Part shown: positions 1 through 7,847 of the stretch, in pieces
How the letters are laid out: every line of letters begins with the position of its first letter
How positions within the stretch are numbered: position 1 is the stretch's first letter
Origin: a virus
Lineage: Duplodnaviria; Caudoviricetes
Strand: one strand, 5' to 3'
DNA length: 37,815 bases
IMG/VR virus record: IMGVR_UViG_3300035524_000069
Span: 1-37,815 of that record
The notes under the pieces: generated by a model
Told to the model about the DNA's origin: nothing
Databases searched by the model: none
What the model saw: only the letters and a program-made list of their open reading frames with translations
Program-made: the position numbers and the translations under genes

Positions 1-2
1 CC

Positions 3-269
3 AGGCAAACGCGAAGGATCATATCAATCGTTAGTATTCTAATACTTGGATTCATCATGGTCTGGTCATGCATACATCCAGATCAAAAGATCGTCACAAC
101 AACAAACTCTGAAAGCATGGAAGGAAACAGCTTCCTCTTTGGACTTATAAAACTATCCAAAGACATACCCCTTACTGTCGAAGTAACAATGGGCCACCTT
201 CTCCTGGTTGGTCTATCGATGATCGGTCTAATCTTCGGATTCTACTTCACGCCTGGTGGACGCAAGTAG
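3..269 (+). CDS. Holin-like membrane protein, 3' part (5'-truncated by window edge)
   Basis: Frame is open from base 3 (RQTRRIISIVSILILGFIMVW...); two hydrophobic segments; C-terminal IFGFYFTPGGRK resembles 3TM phage holins. Confidence 0.6.
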   Translation, partial: RQTRRIISIVSILILGFIMVWSCIHPDQKIVTTTNSESMEGNSFLFGLIKLSKDIPLTVEVTMGHLLLVGLSMIGLIFGFYFTPGGRK

Positions 270-311
270 AACATCGACGCACTAGAAAGAAATACCTCGA
301 AATTCTAAACT
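270..311 (+). promoter_or_regulatory. Putative late promoter copy 1 (sheath operon)
   Basis: AACATCGACGCACTAGA (270-286), 19 nt, TAAACT (306-311), 8 nt, ATG 320. Confidence 0.8.
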
Positions 312-319
312 ACCCCATC

Positions 320-1486
320 ATGCCAGAACAATTCTTACACGGGGTGCAAGTCGTTGAATCTGAAGACGGGGTTCGTTCTATCAGAACAGTTCGCAGTTCG
401 GTTATCGGCATTGTCGGAACTGCTCCAGACGCCGATGAAACAGAATTCCCCCTAAATATTCCGGTCCTCGTTACCGGTTCCAGAGCAAAGGCAGCTCTAC
501 TCGATACCACGGGAGATGGTAAGGGGACATTGCCGAGTGCTCTTGATGCTATCCTTGATCAAATTGGAGCTCTTATCATCGTCATCCGCGTTGAAGAAGG
601 GTCCTCAAGCGAAGAAACGTTGGCCAACATCATGGGTGGTGTTGATTCCAACAACGGCTCTTACATCGGAGTTCATGCCCTACTTGGTGCAGAGACTAAG
701 GTCGGCTTCCGTCCGCGTATTCTCTGCGTGCCTGAGTATTCAGCAGACAGTGGTGTTCTGACAGAGGTCGAAGCCATTGCCCAAAAGCTCCGTGCTATTG
801 TGATTGCAGATGGTCCGAACACAACGGATGACGCCGCCATTTCCTATGCATCTGACTTGGACTCTCGAAGAGTCTACCTGGTAGACCCCTATGTTGAAGT
901 CCTGGAAGGTGGAGAAACGGCTTACAATCCAGCATCCCCACGCGCATGTGGCTTGCTTGCCAAGTCTGATAATGACCGAGGTTTCTGGTGGTCCCCTTCG
1001 AACCAACCTATCTCCGGAATCACGGGAACACAGCGTCCGGTTGATTACACACATGGCGATGCAAACAGCCGAGCCAATGTCCTGAACGAGAGCAAGGTTA
1101 ATACCATCATCAACCAAGATGGCTACCGTTTATGGGGCAATTTGACACTTTCAAGCGACCAGAAATGGCAATTCCTGTCTGTAGTTCGAACAGCAGACAT
1201 CATCAATGACTCCATTTTGGATGCTCATTTGTGGGCAGTAGATCGCCCGATCACAAAGACATATCTCCAAGATGTAGCTGAAGGTGTTAACAATTACCTG
1301 GCATACCTCAGAAGCCTGGGAGCAATCCTTGGTGGCAACTGTTGGCCAGATCCAGACCTCAACACAACGGTTAACATCCAGCTTGGTAAGGTCTATTTCA
1401 ACCTTGATTTCACGCCTCCTTATCCGGCGCAGACCATCACATTCACATCCATCCTCACTCCGGATTACATCGAAACTCTCAACTAA
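320..1486 (+). CDS. Tail sheath protein (P2 gpFI-like)
   Basis: FLHGVQVVE start, SVIGIVGTAPDAD, GFWWSPSNQ, GYRLWGN, DFTPPYPA motifs; 388 aa. Confidence 0.96.
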   Translation: MPEQFLHGVQVVESEDGVRSIRTVRSSVIGIVGTAPDADETEFPLNIPVLVTGSRAKAALLDTTGDGKGTLPSALDAILDQIGALIIVIRVEEGSSSEETLANIMGGVDSNNGSYIGVHALLGAETKVGFRPRILCVPEYSADSGVLTEVEAIAQKLRAIVIADGPNTTDDAAISYASDLDSRRVYLVDPYVEVLEGGETAYNPASPRACGLLAKSDNDRGFWWSPSNQPISGITGTQRPVDYTHGDANSRANVLNESKVNTIINQDGYRLWGNLTLSSDQKWQFLSVVRTADIINDSILDAHLWAVDRPITKTYLQDVAEGVNNYLAYLRSLGAILGGNCWPDPDLNTTVNIQLGKVYFNLDFTPPYPAQTITFTSILTPDYIETLN

Positions 1487-1494
1487 TTTAGACT

Positions 1495-2007
1495 ATGGCA
1501 GTTGCTGACAATATCCTGAAAAACTTCAATCTCTTCGTCGATGGCCGTGGTTACGTTGGCAACGTAGACAGCCTGACACTCCCTAACCTATCTTTAAAGC
1601 TCGAAGACTTCCGCGCCGGCGGCATGGATGCACCTATTGGTATTGATATGGGAATGGAGAAGCTTGAAGCCAGCTTTGGACTCACAGATTCCGGAGCACG
1701 AGCCATGCGCCTGTATGGGGTAAATCGAAGAGGCCGAGGCGTCCCACTTACCGCACGCGGATCCCTCGAATCACAGTCAGGGGAGAAAACACCCGTCCTG
1801 GTTCAAATGGAAGGTACCATCTCCGGGCTCGAACCTGACGAGTGGAAATCCGGAGAAAAGGTCACCAACAAATACACGGTGCAACTTGTCTCCTACAAAT
1901 ACTCTGTCGGTGGAGAGCTCATCCATCACATCGATATCCCTAACATGATTCGCATCATTGACGGCAATGATCAACTCGCTGAAACACGAGCAAACCTTGG
2001 AATGTAA
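1495..2007 (+). CDS. Tail tube protein (P2 gpFII-like)
   Basis: LKNFNLFVDG, FRAGGMDAP, IDIPNMIRIIDG...RANLGM; follows sheath. Confidence 0.95.
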   Translation: MAVADNILKNFNLFVDGRGYVGNVDSLTLPNLSLKLEDFRAGGMDAPIGIDMGMEKLEASFGLTDSGARAMRLYGVNRRGRGVPLTARGSLESQSGEKTPVLVQMEGTISGLEPDEWKSGEKVTNKYTVQLVSYKYSVGGELIHHIDIPNMIRIIDGNDQLAETRANLGM

Positions 2008-2010
2008 TTT

Positions 2011-2253
2011 ATGAAATCTATCACGCTACAATATCCAATTAAAATTGACGGCCAAGAGATCAAGCAGCTCAGTATGAGACGCGCAAAGGTCCGCGACCAG
2101 AAGATTGCATCTCAGCAGGGGTCAAGTGCGGATCAGGAAATTGCTCTATTCTCTAACCTTTGTGAAGTCACACCAGCGACCATCGAAGAGCTCGACATGG
2201 CTGACTACACAAACCTCCAAGGACTCTATCAGACTTTTTTCCCAAAGAGTTAG
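2011..2253 (+). CDS. Tail assembly chaperone (P2 gpE / FluMu gp41-like)
   Basis: ITLQYPI...MRRAKVRD...IEELDMADY; between tube and tape measure; ends at a slippery sequence. Confidence 0.9.
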   Translation: MKSITLQYPIKIDGQEIKQLSMRRAKVRDQKIASQQGSSADQEIALFSNLCEVTPATIEELDMADYTNLQGLYQTFFPKS

Positions 2254-2387
2254 AATTGGAAGAAGGCGTTCTTTCTCTCGCACATTTCACTTCTTGGTCA
2301 CGAGCAGAAATCTTCGATTTATACACCGAGGATTTTTTGCGTTACCTAAACATCATTGCTGAACACCAGAAATCAATGAAGACCTAA
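2235..2387 (+). other. Programmed -1 frameshift site and E' extension of the tail chaperone
   Basis: In-frame heptamer T TTT TTC (2235-2241); the -1 frame reads FFPKELELEEGVLSLAHFTSWSRAEIFDLYTEDFLRYLNIIAEHQKSMKT to TAA 2387, with the E'-like 'H..W...I..L' pattern; absent from the ORF track. Confidence 0.85.
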
Positions 2388-2630
2388 ACGACTAAAGATT
2401 CCTTCAGCAATATAACGAAGTTCACGAGTGACACTTACCGTAAAACCGGCTGTAAGGAAAACCAATGGCGATGTAATCAAAGTGAACACCAAGCCAGCAC
2501 CGATACAGCCTAACAGATTCCACCCCTGAGCACTGGTTAAATGAATGGCCAAACCAGTCCAAAAGACCAAAGGCACAATCAGTAACACAGAGGGCCAGAA
2601 AAGAGCTGAACTATAAAACCTGCGTAACAT
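2373..2630 (-). CDS. Small two-TM membrane protein, antisense moron inside the tail operon
   Basis: 85 aa from ATG 2630; two long hydrophobic stretches; fills the gap between E' stop and tape-measure start. Confidence 0.6.
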   Translation of the reverse strand: MLRRFYSSALFWPSVLLIVPLVFWTGLAIHLTSAQGWNLLGCIGAGLVFTLITSPLVFLTAGFTVSVTRELRYIAEGIFSRLGLH

Positions 2631-4674
2631 GTTAAAAACGATAGCAACTAGTGTAGTTATAGGTGGTTCTTTAGGCAAGAGTTATCACAAGGCAACGACT
2701 AACGCATCTAATCAGGCTCGAATTCTTGGCAATGCATTCAGGGAGACAAACAAGAAATTAGCCGCTGCCAATGGTGTAATAAAATATAAAGGCATTCTTG
2801 GAGAACTCAACCAGAAGCAGGCCGCTGCAGGTGGTAGCAACAAGCGTTTAGCTGCAGGAATAAAGGTAGTCGAAAAACGCTACCGTGAAGCCAAGAAATC
2901 CGCCCGATCCTACGGGATCCAGGTTGGTGATGTCATCAACCAACAAAAGAAGTTAGAGAGGGAATCACGAAAACTTAACTCCCGCATGAAGGCCCAAAAC
3001 AGGGCCTCAGCATACAAGGGAAAGTTCAATGCCATGCGAGGCAGTGTCCTGGGTTCTTCAGCTGCGCTCTACGGAATTGGTCGACTATTCTCCGATGCAG
3101 CGGACTATGATGAATCTGGGCTGTATCTTCGTAGTGTTTTGAACTCGAACAATAAGGATCAGGACCTTGGTAAGTCATTAAAGCATGCCAGGGAATTCGC
3201 AAAGAACTCTCTGGCCGATGAGAATGAAGTCCTTGAGATCGAGTATGGGTTTAACTCAGCTGGCCTTGATGCTCAGATATCCAGAATGGCCACTGAAACC
3301 GCGCACAAAGTTGCAAAGGTAACACGAGGCGAATCTTCTACTGTCTCAGAAATCATAGGTACCACATTCAACAACCTCGGTGATTCTCTATCCGGAACCG
3401 CAACGGATAAGCTTGAGCAAATTGGTAACATCCTCACCAAAACTCAGCTCAAGTATCAGATCCGTGATTTCTCACAACTTGGTGAGTCCATGAAATATGG
3501 AGCATCGGCCGCAGCAAACTACAAGGTATCGTTAGAAGATACTGCCGCTGTGATTGGTCAGCTGAATTCGGCGGGACTGCAAGGGTCCATGGCCGGAACT
3601 GCTTTCAACGCTGTTCTGAAAGGTATGAGCAAAGCATCGGATCAACTAGGGTTCTCCATCGTAAGAACCAAGGATGGTCAGATGGATATGGTATCCACGC
3701 TTGAATCATTAAAAGGAAGCCTCGAGGGTTTAGACACAGATGAAAGAGCATCGGTCCTGCAAAAGTTATTTGGTGACGAAGGTACGAGAGGTATTGTCCC
3801 ACTAATCGACAGCTTAGATCAATTGAAGTCCGGCGTCGGAGAAATTACAGAAGCCAGTAAGTCAGGACTACTTGATAAGGAATATGACCGATTCGTTCAA
3901 AGTGCCTCCGGACAATTCAAAATGTTTGGGCAGAACATTGCACTGGTTGGCCGCATCTTTGCAGGGACACTGTTACCAGCAGTCAACACAGTTATAACTC
4001 CGATCGTTCAGCTCTCTAGTTGGGTGGCAGGTATGCTTGAAAAGTTCCCAATTCTAAGTTGGACACTTGGAGCCGCTGCCGTCGGCTTTTCTACCGTAGC
4101 CACCGGGATAGGAATCGTGACAGGTTTAACCTGGTTGATGAATGCTGCAATGGCCGCAAATCCAATTGGTCTGACTGTGATCGCTATTGTCGGAGGGATT
4201 GCTGCTATCGGGACCGCTATCGCCCTACTCTGGAAAAACTGGGATAAGGTATGGGGATGGATTAAAGACAAGGCCCTCTTGGTATGGGATCAGATGAAAA
4301 AGATGTTCTCCTGGAGTCCCCTCGGGTTAATCATCAAAGGATGGGGAAAAGCTTTTAGCTGGATAGAGAACAAGTTTGGAATTTTCAGCAAAACAGTCGG
4401 TAAAATCCGCAGTTTCTTTGGAGCTGATGACGAAAGCCAAACAGGACCAGATTCTGACCTGGAACAGTCAAAACACTCTAAGGTGCCAGGACTGGCAGAA
4501 ACCACCTCTTCACAGCAAAATAAGACCGATAATCGCCAGGATAACAGGAAAACTGAAATCTACGTTGAAACAAACGACCCCCAAGAGGCCGCAAAAGCCG
4601 TTAGTAAAGCATTAGATACAAGCCCTCCAAGCTACGATACACCACTGGCCGATTCACTATCTTATTCCTATTGA
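2629..4674 (+). CDS. Tail tape measure protein (TP901-family core)
   Basis: 681 aa Ala/Gly-rich helical; QLGESMKY, GLQGSMAGTAF, LFGDEG, AANPIGL, Trp-periodic C-terminal region. Confidence 0.95.
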   Translation: MLKTIATSVVIGGSLGKSYHKATTNASNQARILGNAFRETNKKLAAANGVIKYKGILGELNQKQAAAGGSNKRLAAGIKVVEKRYREAKKSARSYGIQVGDVINQQKKLERESRKLNSRMKAQNRASAYKGKFNAMRGSVLGSSAALYGIGRLFSDAADYDESGLYLRSVLNSNNKDQDLGKSLKHAREFAKNSLADENEVLEIEYGFNSAGLDAQISRMATETAHKVAKVTRGESSTVSEIIGTTFNNLGDSLSGTATDKLEQIGNILTKTQLKYQIRDFSQLGESMKYGASAAANYKVSLEDTAAVIGQLNSAGLQGSMAGTAFNAVLKGMSKASDQLGFSIVRTKDGQMDMVSTLESLKGSLEGLDTDERASVLQKLFGDEGTRGIVPLIDSLDQLKSGVGEITEASKSGLLDKEYDRFVQSASGQFKMFGQNIALVGRIFAGTLLPAVNTVITPIVQLSSWVAGMLEKFPILSWTLGAAAVGFSTVATGIGIVTGLTWLMNAAMAANPIGLTVIAIVGGIAAIGTAIALLWKNWDKVWGWIKDKALLVWDQMKKMFSWSPLGLIIKGWGKAFSWIENKFGIFSKTVGKIRSFFGADDESQTGPDSDLEQSKHSKVPGLAETTSSQQNKTDNRQDNRKTEIYVETNDPQEAAKAVSKALDTSPPSYDTPLADSLSYSY

Positions 4675-5648
4675 TTGCTCTCTAAATCGACCGTGATAGA
4701 CCAGCCGCCATCGGTAAAGTTATGAGTTACCTTAGATGCGGTCCAGCTACCCTTTAAAGGTTTCTTCCCGTTCACAATCTCAATAGGAGAACCTGAAGTG
4801 ATATCGGTCCGACCTGGTAACGTAATATTTCCGGAAAGGCCCTTCCTTTGGTATTTGGCCAATGCAGTCCGGGCAGCTTTATTCGCTGTGTTCCTATCCG
4901 GCTGGAGGTCTCTTATTTCAGTTTGATGGCTCCCGTTACCGGCAACGACCTCGACAGTCTCAGATGAGTCAACGTCTCTGTAATAGGCTTTAACGGAATC
5001 GTATGTCACCTTTTCTTTTTGAGTGGTCCCATATGAGGATAGGTCTGAGATCCGGAGCCTAATAGTTGGAAGGTTTTGGCCACTAGATGTAATGCTGTTT
5101 CCTTTAGGTGCCAGCGTAAGCAGCCCATAGCTAACCTTCACCATGATGTCATGTGTATCGGCCACACGTTTGAGAAAGCTGATGTCACTTTCAGCCGTCT
5201 GGTCAATATGTGGCAACTCTATAGCTTCAGCTCCTGCACTAAACTTAGGAGCCAGTCCATGTTCGCCGGCAATGGTCTTGGCAATATTTCCAAGGGTGCC
5301 AGGCTCCCAAGAACGTGTCTTCTTGTCCTGCAAACGTTGATAGCTTGTAGACTGGGCAAACACAGCAGCAGAGGCCCCTATTTCAACTTTGTCGGGTGGT
5401 CCCATGGTCTTTACCGAGTCAGAAATAAAAAGCCCCATATCGGCCAATCCAGACTCTTTGTAGCCAATGCTCACATGCAACTCAGCTCCAACGGTTGGAG
5501 TTTCAAGATTCGGGCTATCTACCAGAGTGATCTGCAACGTATCTGCGGAATCACCATCAGCATCAACAAGAGACAAAGAAGAAAGCCGGCCGCGAAGATC
5601 CCGTGTGATATCAATGCCATTGGCCGTGATTAAATAGGTCGGTGTCAT
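4668..5648 (-). CDS. Baseplate hub / late control D protein (P2 gpD-like)
   Basis: NGIDIT...LSLVDADGDSADTL, SIGYKE, HIDQTAESDISFLKR, VTHNF..GGW. Confidence 0.93.
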   Translation of the reverse strand: MTPTYLITANGIDITRDLRGRLSSLSLVDADGDSADTLQITLVDSPNLETPTVGAELHVSIGYKESGLADMGLFISDSVKTMGPPDKVEIGASAAVFAQSTSYQRLQDKKTRSWEPGTLGNIAKTIAGEHGLAPKFSAGAEAIELPHIDQTAESDISFLKRVADTHDIMVKVSYGLLTLAPKGNSITSSGQNLPTIRLRISDLSSYGTTQKEKVTYDSVKAYYRDVDSSETVEVVAGNGSHQTEIRDLQPDRNTANKAARTALAKYQRKGLSGNITLPGRTDITSGSPIEIVNGKKPLKGSWTASKVTHNFTDGGWSITVDLESNQ

Positions 5649-5649
5649 A

Positions 5650-5874
5650 TTAACTCCAAAGTCTTACAACGTCCTGAGTCTGGTCCGATTCAATGGCAGG
5701 AAGTAGAATTCGAATGCCAGTTCCTAAGACAGGACCTCTTTGAGCAAGCCCACGATTAGCCTCCAGAACCTTCTCAACAACACCCGAGGTTTCGCCGTAG
5801 TGTTGGTAACAGATATTATCTAAAACATCTCCAGCACGAGTCACATAGATCTGATCAGTTCTTTCCATTGTCAT
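5650..5874 (-). CDS. Tail protein X (P2 gpX-like, LysM-related)
   Basis: YVTRAGDVLDNICYQHYG...VLEANRGL...ILLP...VRLW; true start may be 5868. Confidence 0.93.
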   Translation of the reverse strand: MTMERTDQIYVTRAGDVLDNICYQHYGETSGVVEKVLEANRGLAQRGPVLGTGIRILLPAIESDQTQDVVRLWS

Positions 5875-6256
5875 AGTATTTCAGATCAAGGTTAAAGGTT
5901 TGCTTCCTGGGTTCACCGGTCGAGAGAAAGTTACTTTGAGTTTCAGATACAGACACAATGACCCAACGCCCCAAGCTATTTCCGGAGGAACCTACCACGG
6001 TATATGGAATAGCTTGGTCCGCTGAATCTCTGAGACGATTAATTTGCTCGAGTCCCCCTGTGTATGCCGGAAATACGACCCCTTTCAGCGTGATGGTTTC
6101 AGAGTCCTTGCCGGTAAATTGCAAGGCTGGAAAGGTCCCCACACGCTTCTGTTCAGACCACTCGTATGTTGCAGTTCTGCTTAGTTCATTATAAGCTGCA
6201 CTAGAAACGCTAAATTCGAACCCTTTACCATTGTTTTCAAGTCGAAGAAGTGGCAT
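5855..6256 (-). CDS. Tail tube initiator (P2 gpU-like)
   Basis: FEFSVSSAAYNEL, PALQFTG..SETITLKG, LGRWVI, GEPRKQTFNL. Confidence 0.92.
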   Translation of the reverse strand: MPLLRLENNGKGFEFSVSSAAYNELSRTATYEWSEQKRVGTFPALQFTGKDSETITLKGVVFPAYTGGLEQINRLRDSADQAIPYTVVGSSGNSLGRWVIVSVSETQSNFLSTGEPRKQTFNLDLKYYDNGKN

Positions 6257-6263
6257 ATATTAG

Positions 6264-6305
6264 AGGATACAAATTAAAATCAAAAACATATAGTGCTAAG
6301 ATGTT
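6264..6305 (-). promoter_or_regulatory. Putative late promoter copy 2 (inverted U-X-D operon)
   Basis: Minus strand AACATCTTAGCACTATA (6305-6289), 19 nt, TATCCT (6269-6264), 7 nt, ATG 6256. Confidence 0.75.
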
Positions 6306-6395
6306 AATTTACCCTTATGAAGAATTCGTATTAAGCTCTTATAGCGAACTTCTAACGCCTCATAGCATTAGCCAAAAAGCCACCTAACGTTTCTC

Positions 6396-6417
6396 AAAAC
6401 CTGACAAAAACCTGACA
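6396..6417 (+). repeat. Integrase arm-type sites, left arm of attP
   Basis: Perfect tandem AAAACCTGACA x2; matching pair at 6627-6648. Confidence 0.8.
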
Positions 6418-6473
6418 AGAAATTTTCGAGAATCCTGTATTTACCTCTTTATTATATACTTACAAAATTCCAC

Positions 6474-6496
6474 TTCGAACCCGGTCAGCTCCACCA
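6474..6496 (+). other. attP core: 3' fragment of a tRNA-Ala or tmRNA gene
   Basis: TTCGAAC CCGGT CAGCTCC A CCA = T-loop, T-stem 3' strand, Ala-type acceptor 3' strand, discriminator A, CCA; the 5' part of the RNA gene is absent; 160 bp upstream of integrase. Confidence 0.85.
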
Positions 6497-6626
6497 AACA
6501 GAATCATAACAATCGCCCGAACATGGCTTATATAGCCGAATAGCAAGCATTCATGCGGCTTTAAGGGCACCACACGTTAGAACTAGACGATTGCCGTTTT
6601 GCCTTGCTTTCGGCATGTTTTGCACT

Positions 6627-6648
6627 AAAAGCTGACATAAACCTGACA
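6627..6648 (+). repeat. Integrase arm-type sites, right arm of attP
   Basis: AAAAGCTGACA TAAACCTGACA, each one mismatch from AAAACCTGACA; ends 7 bp before the integrase ATG. Confidence 0.8.
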
Positions 6649-6655
6649 CTAAAAC

Positions 6656-7834
6656 ATGAACAGCTTGCCAAACTTCCGAGACTGGGATAACCCTCAACGA
6701 AAAGATCCGTATGGTTGGGACTACGGACATGGCAAGAATCGAAAAAGGGTCTCCTTTAAGACCAAGGCCGAAAAGAAGGACTATAGAAAAGGGTATATTG
6801 ACCGGTTCTATTCCAACAGAGATGCCGTCGTAAGGTTCGACCGCCAGGAGTGGAATGAATACCTGTTCTGGAAGGAAAAGCTCAAGGGGAAAGGCACCTT
6901 TGCCGAGGCAATCGAATACTACCTCAACAACCACGAAACAAGCCAGCTTCCCCTACTCTCTACTCTGCTGGAAAATCGCATTGAGGATTTGCAGAGAAAA
7001 TCCAGCGATGAAGCTTATCGAGTAAAACACAACGCCTCAAAGTTTATCGCCTTTGCTGGTGATCTTAGAGTGGATCAATACGACCGTGTAATGGTCCAGA
7101 AGTGGATTGATTCGCTCGTGAAGGCCGGGATGAGCATCGACACGATAAAAGGCTACAGGAAGAGTGTGAAGAAGCTATTTACCGATGCAGCGTCTGATGG
7201 ATTAATCCAGTTAAATCCAGCTTCAAGAATTACGCTGCCATCAGATAGAGGTGAAAAGAGATTGATCCTTATAGATCCAGACGACCTGCAAAGGCTACTG
7301 GACTATGCCTGGAATGACGATCCAGGCTTTGCCGGATTGTTGGCCATTTTATTCTTCACAGGCATGCGTATCAGCATGATTGCCGTGCCACCTCGTAAGA
7401 TGAAGTCCGGAGAATTCCTCCGCAGGGACATGATCGACCTGGAAAATAAAACCATCGTCATTCCTGAAGGCATTACCAAAACCGGCGCACCGCTTGTGAT
7501 CGATGACGCACCAGAATGCATGTGGAGCTGGATGACTAAAATCAGCGAGAGCTCATTTGGAATGCCACAAAATACCTTCAATAAGCGAAAACAGGATTAC
7601 TGCCAGGCCCTGAATATTGAGTGGCATCCCAACCTGCACAGGCGTTCATTTGGGTCATACCTAGCTGCACTAAGAGGCAGAGACTACGCCTCCAACATCA
7701 TGGGAGATTACTCCAGAAGCGTATTCGTGAAGCACTACCAGGTTTCGACCTTTAGGGCATTAGCGGTGAATTACACCTCTATTAAATGTAAAAATAAACT
7801 ATTTTCAGTTGAAGTAGGTGATATGGGTAGATAA
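6656..7834 (+). CDS. int: Tyrosine integrase
   Basis: Core-binding region (LRVDQYDRVMVQKW...LIQLNPA), FTGMR, TKTG, NLHRRSFGSY, IMGD, KHY; adjacent to attP. Confidence 0.92.
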   Translation: MNSLPNFRDWDNPQRKDPYGWDYGHGKNRKRVSFKTKAEKKDYRKGYIDRFYSNRDAVVRFDRQEWNEYLFWKEKLKGKGTFAEAIEYYLNNHETSQLPLLSTLLENRIEDLQRKSSDEAYRVKHNASKFIAFAGDLRVDQYDRVMVQKWIDSLVKAGMSIDTIKGYRKSVKKLFTDAASDGLIQLNPASRITLPSDRGEKRLILIDPDDLQRLLDYAWNDDPGFAGLLAILFFTGMRISMIAVPPRKMKSGEFLRRDMIDLENKTIVIPEGITKTGAPLVIDDAPECMWSWMTKISESSFGMPQNTFNKRKQDYCQALNIEWHPNLHRRSFGSYLAALRGRDYASNIMGDYSRSVFVKHYQVSTFRALAVNYTSIKCKNKLFSVEVGDMGR

Positions 7835-7847
7835 TTATAAGATTTAA

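Noticed and set aside
5076-5633. 185-aa plus-strand ORF and similar long antisense ORFs (24412-24930, 27707-28189, 21714-22160, 34462-34920)
   Set aside because: They overlap well-supported genes on the opposite strand and carry no recognisable motifs; treated as shadow ORFs
6189-6205. Extra GCACTAGA match as a sixth late promoter
   Set aside because: Lacks the AACAT half, has no -10 box at 19 nt, and points antisense within gpU
6474-6496. Complete tRNA or tmRNA gene
   Set aside because: Only the T-loop to CCA portion is present; upstream bases cannot form the T-stem 5' strand or the rest of the cloverleaf, so it is an att core
6256-6500. Idea that U-X-D expression needs excision because its promoter lies across the att core
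   Set aside because: A late-promoter copy sits at 6305-6264 on the same side of the core as the genes
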